This document shows, piece by piece, positions 23,601 through 35,600 of a DNA stretch of 64,000 nt. Position 1 is the stretch's first letter. Every line of letters starts with the position of its first letter. The DNA comes from Oopsacas minuta. Lineage: Eukaryota > Animalia > Porifera. The position numbers were made by a program, and so were the translations under genes. A model generated the notes under the pieces. It was not told the DNA's origin. It did not search any database and saw only the letters and a list, made by a program, of their open reading frames with translations. The stretch is taken from positions 1 to 64,000 of the forward strand of contig JAKMXF010000210.1 in the NCBI GenBank assembly GCA_024704765.1. Reading direction: 5' to 3'.

Positions 23601-26600
23601 AGCAGAGATATATTGAGCAGGATGGACGTTCTAAACATCTCACTGGACAGCTGATACACCTGAGAGAACAATGTCAGGTGCAGCCTAAAAATGCTGAAAT
23701 AGATCCAGAACTGGAAGATGGAATTCTGAAATCTAAAATACTCCTAGAAATATTCGCGGCTTTAGCGCTTGATATTCAGGAAGAAGAACAAAAAGCTGCT
23801 GAGGTACCAGAAATTCCACCTAGCCCTCCCCAACCAGCACATATAATACCTCCACCACAGCCACGACTAATTAGACGAGAGTCACTAGACACATGGAGAT
23901 GTCTCCATTGCTGTCTAGACAATCCCGTTGCCAATAAGATATGTCAAGTATGCTATAGAACACATGATGCTCAAGTTGGTCTAGAAGTAAATCGAATTTG
24001 CAATAATTGTAGATCTCCCAATAATTCGACAGACGTTGCCTGTAACAACTGCAACATTCCTTTGTAGCGTTATTATTTTATTTTTTGTTTGTAGTATAAA
24101 CGCTTTGTTCTAAAATAACTATTTACGTATTAAAATTATTTTTATTTGTTCCAAAGTGAAATAAAGTATTCTAATTTTTTAAATTCAAGTATTGAGTCCA
24201 ATCATTTATTCTGCTTAATTAATCTGGTTAAAATGGCATGATCCCGAAGTGTCCCTATTAAGCAGAGTATATGGTATACATTTACTAATTTATAGTACAA
24301 TGTTTAGAATAATTAATCTAATTCAATATGGAATTCGAAAATCATTTTCAAAAACAAATTCTCCGCAGAAAATAGTACAGATGGATCCTCCTATCTCACT
24401 TTCAAAGTCCAAAGTTCCTAAAATCACACTCGAGGACACTCTACATAACATGGGTATCAGACCTAAGCCACAACCTAAGAATCACACGTTTAAATTGCTG
24501 ATTGTGTATTTTGTAGCATTTCTATCCATGGTTTATTATGTCAGGGATATGGCGCCTAGCACAGAGAATGCATCTCGCATTTACATGGAGTTGGAAGAGG
24601 AAGCTAGAAGGAAGGCAGAAAAAGAAGAAAAGGATAATTCTTAGTTATAAAAGTGTTGCTCTGTTTATTCACTTATTAAATGTTCATCGGCTAATTTGAC
24701 AGTTTTGCATTTTATGATTGGAGATTACTACACCAACTTCGTCTCTCAGTTTTGAAATCGTTACCCATGTTTGTATACATGTTTGTGTAAGTAATTTATC
24801 CATAAGTTATATTAAGATATCTATTCTTTAGATTTGCTACTATTCCAATGGACACTGACGTCACAAGAAAGTGGAGAGTATCCTATTTGTTTCCACACCC
24901 TCCTTTCTGATCTTTATTCTTCTCTCCCATACTGTGTTATTATATCAGTATTGGAGGTGCCAGGAAGAAAGGTGAATATATAAGGCCATAATATATTATA
25001 TATCGGCGGTATGATTCCTTATAAGGCACTAAATCAAAGAGTATATGATATCTATTTATCAATACATATCTACCTAGGTCCCAGCTGTCCAGTTGGTCCA
25101 ATCTCTCAACTACACAAGCGGTTATGACAGTGAAGTCACGTTACCCTCTCTCGCCCTCTCAGGAGAGCTAAGTACAGCGGAGCATGCGTTTGTAATGATT
25201 GGAGGGAAGATTGATGCAGGAGAGAGTTTATCTTTTACGAGTGGAGCTCTAAATACACTTGATGTAAAGTCAATTAGTTCTTCTCTCCTTCTTATTACTG
25301 GAGAAGATTCTCTATCTGTGTATTCTCAGGCGCTTGCTAGTGTTAGTTATAGGAACGAGGAGCAGAGATCAACTAGTGGCACAAGGTAACCATATTAGAT
25401 ATTTCGATATTGTACAAGTATTTTATGTATTATGTAGCTGTTTATTTGGCCATTTGAAGCTTACTTTTCGATACTTTACCCTTTTTGGCGAATCAGTTTA
25501 ACATTTTTAATCTAAGTCTTTGAATAAAGACGTATTACGTATAATACGTATTATACGTTCCATCTAGAATTTTGGGTGACGTAACTTCTATTAGGCTGAT
25601 TTCTGCAATAAATATTTTGCATCAAAACAGTAGTTATCGAATTATTAATGAGAAATCTCAGCATAGTTGACCAAATTATATAATACTTGATAATAATGGA
25701 CTATACAAGTCTAACAATGTTCAAATCTTGTATTTCTAGACGTATAATCGTTAAAATAGATCACGTATAACGTATTATTAGGGCCGTAGCCACTGGTCAG
25801 GTTGGTCAAGTTAGCATGGTCAATCAGTCAGGTTGGTTAGGTTAACCTGACCACTTTTATTTTGGTGGCTACGGCCCTGAATTATACGTTTAACACATAT
25901 TATACAACTTAGTTTTGAATATTTAAATTCTAAATAACACTTTTCTTTTAAATTTCTTTGATTCTTATAATTTTCTGAAAGTATCTAAAACTTCTTTGCT
26001 TTTTTGACCCATTATACGTGTTCTGAGCACGACTAAGACATATTTGTTCGTTCCGCTCCAGCTGATATATTATTGATTATATTCTAACATTTATATACTT
26101 CCTCACACATTCTTACTATTATTCTCAGATATCTGATATTTGGTATTTTTGATGGAACCTACTTGAACAACCTGGCTCTTCAATATTTCAGATTAACAGT
26201 GAGCATTCTTAACAAGCCTCCTACTATTTCTCTCAGTGGAGATACTCTCCCTTATGAACAAAGATTTGTAGCTAATCCTATTTATATTTCTCACAACACA
26301 CAATCTACTCTCTCTGATCCTGATTCAGTCGGCATACATAATGCTACGATAAGCATCTCTCCTCTGTTGGATTTTGGGGTTGAGACCCTGACGAGTAGCT
26401 TCACATCTCCGGGACTTGTTTCTATGCCAATAATAGTACAAGAGATCGCTATAGATATCCCATTTGGCTATTCTCAATCAGGAGAATTACATTCTCACAT
26501 AACACACAATTTGTACGTGAATGATTCAAGCAGTTTAACTGTTGGAGACTTAGATATTGTAGTGTATATAGACCATTCATGGATAGGAGACATCACACTT

Positions 26601-29600
26601 GAGTTAGAACATGATGGTTTAAGACGTACTCTTGTAACACAGCCTGGAGGAGCACTGTGTTCACAAGATAATTTGTTCCATGTAGTGTTTGATGAAGAGG
26701 CTGACGTCTCGTTAGGTAAGACCAGTTCTTCACCTGGGGTGTGTGCATTCAGGTCACAAGGAGTGTATCAGCCTGAAGAAAGTTTAACTGCCTTTTCAGG
26801 ATCTAATATCAACGGAGTATGGACACTCCATGTAATCGATGATGTACCAGCTACACACAATGGTAAGCTAGTAGGATGGGGTATTGTAATACAACCTGAG
26901 GAAAATGTATTCATATCTACTCCTCACTCAATTATTCCTCCACTCTTATTGACTCGTATTCTATCTCCTTACCAATCTGTATCACTCAATATCAACAGTC
27001 CTGGTCGTATCATAAACTTGATCCCTCGTATACAAATATCCCAGCCTTATGAGAGGGGTCTACTGTACCTCCCTCAATTGGTCCTGACACATCCAGACGG
27101 TACACAGGTACAGCTGAGTGATGAGACATATCTCCCATGTATTAACGGTAACTATACGTATATTGTATTCAGTGATACAGCAGCTTTCACTGTGTATAGT
27201 CAATGTGTTTCTACCAATACAACTAATAGCTCTATTACACCTGATATACCTGTATCAAATAGTAAAGATACAATGATAGATATGTTAAGACCTGTCACTA
27301 GTCTGTCAACACTGGTAGGTAGGCGATCAGGAGGGGAATGGTTACTCACTGCTTGGGTGTCACGTGACACTCGAATACACTTGTTAGGATGGTCAATGTA
27401 TATTTCCACAGAGCCAAATATTGATACTAATTATGATACGTTAACTGGTGTATTCACATTGGCAGGATTTGATTCTACAGAAAACTATCTAACCATTTTA
27501 CGTAGCATTCAATACAATAATACATCTCCTTCTCCTACTTTCTGGATAGGCAGAACAGTAGAAACTCTGTTATTTGATGGAGAGACAAATTCTTTAGCTA
27601 TTCCATCATCTCGTACGAATATTGTACTACATCATATTGTTATAGATCTAGACCCGTTTAATGTTACCACAGCACTGCATCCTGGTTATAGCACTAGTTT
27701 CATAGAGCATTCTGTTTCTACACCTATCGTAGATTCAGGCGTTCTGTTAAGAGACGGATATTTGTCTGTTGGATTATATCGCTTAGAGTTTGTAGTTGAT
27801 ATTCAGAATGATATGAATGAGTTTATATCTGTTCGAATATCAAACTCTACTAATATACTCACTACATCAAATTACGATTTATCTAGAAATGAGTATCTTC
27901 TCTCTGTGTATAATCAAGCAGTGCTATATCCCATCTCTGTATTTCAAACTATACTCAGGTCTGCTACGTATTCTAATACAGCTGATGAGTTGATTGGTAC
28001 AAACCGTACTGTTACTATTAGAATATATGAGACTAGTACTGGCATAGCTTATCCCAGTCTAGAGGCTAGCACATATATTGAACTCGTGCATACAAATGAT
28101 GCACCAGTTTTAATACTCAACTCTGAATTCGGAGCATTTGGAGATATCTCTAATTTCGTTAGTTACACAGAAGGTCAGGGTACTCTCCAGCTAGCTAAAG
28201 CAGATACTATAATACTCTATGATAATGATCATGGAAATTTACAACAGATTGTTATAATCATAACCAATCCGATTGATCTCTTACATGAGAGTCTGTTAAT
28301 CAACGAATCATTACCCAATGGTGTTAATTCTACGTATAATACAGATACATATACTCTGATTATTCACGGTAATGCTAGTATTGATAACTATATATTGGCT
28401 ATTAGCCTTATAAGGTATCAACATCTATTGCATCCAGGGCGACCTGATACTACACCTAGATTGATATCTTTCACACCCTTTGACGGACACAGATACGGCA
28501 TTACGACAAATGCATATGTCTCGTTTGCATCAGTTAATGATCCTCCGTTGATTATTGGAAATGTATACACAACATCGTTCAGAGAAGAGATGGATCCAGT
28601 TCCTATCATATTTGAGGGTACTAAACTATTTGATATTGATAACGATTCACTTCAATACATAGAGATTAGTATTATAAATCGTATAGACGGTGCTAATGAG
28701 TTTATCTATGTAAATCCAGCAACCACGACAGAGACAATATCCAATAATGAAATCCAATACATTACCTACACTCCAACACTAACTTACCCTTATAATGATA
28801 ATGCTACGGTGATTATAACTGGATTGAAAACTATAGCAGAATATGAGTTAGTATTACATACAGCTAGATACGATAATACAGCTGATGAGCCTCAGATTGA
28901 TACAAGGAATATTTCTATTGCTATATCAGATGGATTAGATATAACTTATGGGAATACTTTAGTAATGATTGTACTAGTTAATGATTCCCCGAGATTAGCT
29001 CAAGGTACCATACCTTTTGTCGCATATGGTAACGAGGATCAGATTGACCTAGGAATTTCAGTATTTGAAACTAGCTATCTATTTGAGGATGATGATCTTG
29101 GAGATGATAAAGGTATTGGCATCATATATGCAGATTGTGATCATGGGAGATGGCAGGTGAGAGGTAGTATGTTAAACTGTGATCATACTGTTACTAATAC
29201 CTCAGTGAATGGCTCTAGTAGCTGTGCATTGGATTGGCTGGATATACCTTGTAATCTCACTGTTGATAATTCATTCTTAATTAGATTTAAAGCAAATACA
29301 AGACTGAGATTTATTCCTGACCTTAATTTCTATGGTAATTCGTCTGTAACGGTAGTTGCATGGGATGGGACAGATGAGCAAGTTGATGTTCTGATTAAAA
29401 GCGCAGTATCAACTTCTGAAATTGACGCGTTTAGTCCTGAACAGACAACTTTAACATTTATAATTCTACCAATTAACGATGCACCAGTTCTTATACCAAT
29501 ACCTCTGGTTATGCCTTCTATGCAAGAAGATGATTTTTCATCAGTCGGTGTGTCAGTATCAACATTAGTTATTAACGCTTCTGACGTAGATAGTGATTCT

Positions 29601-32600
29601 ATCGGGATTGCTATCATATTTGTAGATAATACTAATGGAGTATGGCAGTATAAATTAAATACCAATAATATCTGGAATAATATCTCTATTGTTCATGAGG
29701 GAGAAGCTCTTTTGCTTGATCCAGATTCTCGTATTCGATTCAAACCTATCTTAAACTTCCATGGTAGCACTGTACTATCTTTCAAAGCTTGGGATTTGGA
29801 TCAAGGCTTAACCTCTGGTTCAATAGCATCTACTCTATCTACAGAGTTCTCTATAGATAATACTACTGTCTCGTTAACAATAGAACCTGTTAATGATTCT
29901 CCCATCTTATTATCAGCTGATTTCCAAATAGAGGCTCTGTATGAAGATATAGCTAATTCTCTTAACGATGGTTCTACAATTAGTGATATTATTAACGTCT
30001 ATTATAGTGATATTGACAGTGTACTTAATGTAAACAGTACAGATTTTGGATTAGCAGTGATTTGGGTAGACAACACGTTTGGAGTTTGGCAGTACTCCTG
30101 TAATACCAGTGGATTCAGTTGGAATAATTTCATTGGAGATTTTCAATATGGAAGTATATTTCCTGAACTTCCGTTGGCAGACAAATCAACTCTTCTTCTA
30201 TCTCACTGTAGAATTAGATTTATACCTGAATCTTACTTTAACACGGAACTTGACTTACAAGACCAAACACGTCCCATTTCAGATCGTCCCTCTATTCTTG
30301 TGAGAGGTTGGGACAATACTGGCCTCACTCAAGGGAGATCTGCTACTTATGGGAACGATGCTTCATATGCTACTTTATCCAATACTAATGAATATAGTAC
30401 GACGTCACTATACATATCCGTTAGTATTACATCTAGAAACAATATTCCTATACTACATCTAACTAATGCTACAACACAAACACACGTCACTACATTTATA
30501 GAGGATTTATCTGGAGTAAGGATAGTCAGCGATGACGTACATCTAGTGGATTATGACAATGATAAGCTAGAGTCTCTTACAGTAACTATAATATCAGGAA
30601 GTAGTAATGATTTCCTAAACAATAGCTCTTACTGTCAAGGAATTGATGTTAGAAGAGAATATATCCAATACAATCTTATTGATACTGATCTAGAAGTTGG
30701 TAGCATGTCTTTATGTCCTTATCAACTTGTATTCAAACCTAAATCCACACATCCTGATACTTCTGTACATATTGCACAATATACCAGAGTGTTAAAAACT
30801 CTAATATTCAATAACGATCTAGAAGAACCATCTCCAGGTGATCGGGTTATAGAGTTTATTGTAACAGACAGATATTCTACAAGTATTTCAAGCTATACTT
30901 TTGTGTCAGTTGAATTGGTTAATGATGCTCCCATACTCGATCTAAACAGACATTTATCTGATCTCCATAATAGAGTTTCTTTTGTAGAAGGAGAGGGACC
31001 TCTATTACTAACTAACATTTCTAATATAAATCTCTTTGATTATGATAGTCGTAATCTAACCTCAGCTATCATATCTCTCATCCCTAGTCCAAACATGCAG
31101 CACGAAGTTCTAAGCGCTACAACAACTGGTACAAACATATTAGCATACTATAACTATACTACAGCTATTCTAACACTAACAGGATCTGATTATATTGAGA
31201 AATACGAGATCGTCCTAGCATCTATTACGTATAACAATACTAACACTGATGACCCTAATCAGACAGAACGTCAGGTTATGTATACAGTCAGTGACGGAGA
31301 TAAGGACAGTATACTGGCTATTAGTTATGTGTCATTTAGAGGCATTAACAACCATCCATCTCTAGATGTGAATGGAGATAGCAAAGGTCTTGATTTTGCT
31401 ACTGTATTTAGAGAGGAAATGGGTCCGGTTAGTATCGTCGATTCGAATTTATCCTTACTTGACGTTGACAATGACACACTAGCATATGTCAGTGTTAGGA
31501 TCGTGAATCCGCTTGATGGTGATAGTGAATTCCTAACGGTTGATAACGTAACTATGGTGGAAGCTATTAGTAGCAATCAGTTGGGTATTCCTAAAATCCT
31601 AAAAACTACAGTATTAATAGCTAATACTACATTTAATACTAGCAACCATGAGTTGATTATTTCAGGACTTGATTCAGTTGAGGAATTTGGATTAATTCTA
31701 ACAACTCTACAGTACAATAACATTAAGAATGAAATTAATACTGAAGTGAGGGTTTTATACTTCTATGCTAGTGATGGTTTGTTGTCAAGTGCTTTGGCTC
31801 GGACTAATATAGCGTTAGAACGTGTTAATGATTCTCCTTATTTCATTTCATCTAGCGTATTGATATTCCCACAAATTGGAGAAGATGACATTAATTCTAG
31901 CGGGTTCTCAATAATACAACTAGTAACTGGACTTATCAACGATTCTGACGTCACAGATCCTAGAGGTATAGCTGTAATTGCTGCTGAGTTTGACTATGGT
32001 ATTTGGCAGTATCGTTTGGATAATTCCTCAAATTGGCTTAATATTAACTTTAACGTTAGTCTCTATGATGCTCTGTTGCTATCAGCTGATTCGGATAATT
32101 ACATTAGATTTGTGCCTGAGGATAATTTCAATGGAAATGTAACAATCTCGTTTGTAGCTTGGGATTCATCTGAAGGCGGATATGTTGACGGGAATAGGAG
32201 ATCAGCTCATCAAATTCCTAGATCTGATATTAATGCATTTAGTTTTGAATCAAGAACTCTAACACTTGAAGTTCTCCCAATAAACGATTCACCAGTAGTA
32301 CAATCTCTAACTGAAATACTGATGCCATCTATCCTTGAAGATGAGTATGCTTATGGAGTAACTATTCCATTTCTAACAACAGTGCTGGACTCAGATGTAG
32401 ATAATGTTATGTTTGGCATTGCTATTATTCAGACAGACAGTATAAATGGAGAATGGCAATACTCCATGAATAACGGTTCTAGCTGGGTAACTATCACAGG
32501 TGTCACTGAATCAACTGCACTTGTATTTAGAGGTAATTCCAATGAGAGAATCAGATTTATGCCTGAACTGAATTATAACGGTCCATCCGAATTCACTTAT

Positions 32601-35600
32601 AAGTTATGGGATCTAACCACCCCCGAATTAAGCGGTACTCCTAATATCAATACATTGACTGATCCTGTAATAGGACCCTATAGCATAAACACAGCTACAG
32701 CTACAGTCATAATAGAGGCAGTCAATGATTCACCATTGATAACACCTAGATTAATTTTATCTCCAATCAATGAAAATATAGATACGTCTATTAATGTCGG
32801 TATTCCAGTCAGTACTGTTATAGATCAGCATTTCTCTGACGTAGATAATAACTTTCAATCTGGACTTGCTGTTGTTGGGGTTGATCACAGGTATGGAGAA
32901 TTTGAGTATTCCTGTGTGACAACTGGTACATTTTGGCGCCCGTTTCTAGGAGATATAGCTTATGGTGAAATTGCCCCTAGACTGCCATTCCCGTCGAAAG
33001 CAACTCTACTATCTGACAGCTGTAGAATCAGGTTTAGACCTAATACAGATTTTAATACTCAATTTGACTTGGAGGGTGTTAGTTGGGCAGAAGATATAGT
33101 GCCCTATCTCTCTGTGAAGGCTTGGGATCAAACTAGTGGGATAGCAGGGGATTATGGGGTGGATACTACTTCTAATCCTGATGATATCACCAACTCATTC
33201 TCAGCTAACACTGTTAATATTACCATAACAGTGATTTCAGTTAATAGACCACCTGTTATATACTTACAAACAGCTGATAATTCATTTCAAACATTCTTTA
33301 CAGAACCTTCACCTCCACTCCGTACTGTTTATCCTTCTTATCTAGTCGATACAGATTCTGTTTCCATTACAGACTCAGATCACATACATCTACAATTACT
33401 TAGGGTTACGTTAACTAGACTTGATGGTTTCTCAGAAACTATTCTCTATGACTTGTCTATGACAAATCTAAATGCTTCAGTCTTAGCGGATGATGTAAAT
33501 ACTTTCACTATTGAATTTAGCTCTTCTGACACACAATATCCAGCACTACTGAGTTACTATGTAATGCTATTGAAATCTCTACGTTACCAGAATATTATTG
33601 AAGAACCGGAAGCCACAGACCGTACAATCTCATTTCTATTGGTAGACCCAGAATCTAGTTCAAGCTCAGCTCTTACAACTATTTTCATACAGCTTGTTAA
33701 TGATCCACCTGAATTGGATTTAGATAACACAACTGCGAATCTTAACTCTTATGTATCTTACACTGAAGGGCAAGGAGAGTTTTTCTTCCTCAATTCCAGT
33801 AGACTATCTCTTATAGACTATGATTCCAACTATCTTCAAAATGCTACGATCACTCTCTTGAACCCTATAGACGGTGTTTACGAGGTTCTACGAGCTACAA
33901 GCACACTGAATATTAACGTAACCTATTCTAATCATAGACTAGTGTTAACGGGCCCTGCCCCTGTAGCAGAGTTCATTAGTGTATTACTCACAACATCATA
34001 TGAGCATACTAACAGTAGTCCTGGCAACCCTAACACTAAGACTCGGCAGGTGTTATTCTCAGTGGCAGATGACAGTGACAGGAGTATATCAGCTGTCACT
34101 TACATATCATTTAGTTCAGAAAATGATGCGCCTATACTGGATCTCAATGGAAATCAACCCGGAGAGGATTATAGTACAGTATTCTATGAGCAACAAGGCT
34201 CTATCCGTATCCTATCAGCTGACAGATTGCTGCTTATGGATATTGATAATTCCACTCTTGAAAAGATTACTGTTAAACTGTTCAGCCCAACAGCTGATGA
34301 CTTTCTCTTTGTAGACAATGTTACTCTGTATAGTGATAACCCTAAAATAGCGAAAATTGTAATACTTACTAATCTACGTTCTAGACAGCAATTCAACGTA
34401 TCTACTGGGGAATTAGTTATAACAGGACTAGATTATGTACACGAATATGAAACAGTATTGAAAACACTACGTTATGATAATTCAGCTGACGAGACTGGTA
34501 GCTTTGTTAAGACATTGTCAGTTATTGCAAGTGATGGTCTTCTCGACTCAAACGAAGCCTTCATTTATATCAATGTTACTCCAGTCAACGACGCTCCTAC
34601 CATTAATCTGAATATTTCTGTGATCAGGACTGTGATAGAAGAAGACATACTAGATAGTATTAATATTGGTGTCTCCATTTCTAGCATAATAGACCCTATC
34701 TTCAGTGATGTGGATTCTGTCACACAACCTGGTTTAGCTATCGTAGCCGCTGATACCAGTATTGGGTATTGGGAGTATATAGTGATACCCAATAATATAT
34801 TAAGCAATTCTTCTAATTCATCGATTCCCTTTACTGTCCCTTCAAATTCTACTTGGATTCAATTCCCTACAGTAGTTAGTCCTGAGTATGTTCTTCTATT
34901 GAAAGCTGATGGTGAGTATACTCGAGTTAGATTCGTGCCAGGAAATGATTACAACGGAGGAACTAGTATTTCATTTGTTGCATGGGATGGTTCTGACTCG
35001 TTCTCTTCAGGGCAGATAGTGTCATTGACTAATTCTGATCCACAGACTGGTGCATTCAGTACTGAGGATACTCTAATGTTTATTGATATAACACCAGTTA
35101 ATGATGCCCCTGTTCTCGAAACTATTCCATCTCCAACATTTTCTATTAGAGAAGGTGAGTATAATTCATTCGGGATATCAGTGTTTGAGTTAGTGAGTCG
35201 TGTTACAGATGTAGATACTAATAGTCAACAGGAATTTGGTTTAGCTGTGGTTATGAATGATAACTCAAATGGAACATGGGAGTACACTACTACAGGAGGT
35301 ATAGACTGGGACATAGTTGAATCTACAACTCCATCCATTGCGCTATTACTAAGTTCTACTCATGATGGGTATAGGATAAGATTTGTTCCTGATTTGAATT
35401 TCTATGGTGAGAGGGAATTGAGTTATCTAGCCTGGGATCTAACTTCTGGTGGTGAGTCTGGTACTTATGCTTCCACCATCAGATCTGATCCAATAACTAG
35501 CCCATTCAGTTCTTCAGTTGCTACGCTAATTCTCACAATTGAGTCTGTCAATGATTCACCTTATTTTGATGGCAACAGCTTGCTAGATATCGTCATAGAA

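Noticed and set aside
24700-24786. Alternative first exon for the giant exon chain just upstream of exon 8
   Set aside because: Its GTAAGT donor is phase 2, which puts exon 8 in a frame with a stop, and it encodes no signal peptide.
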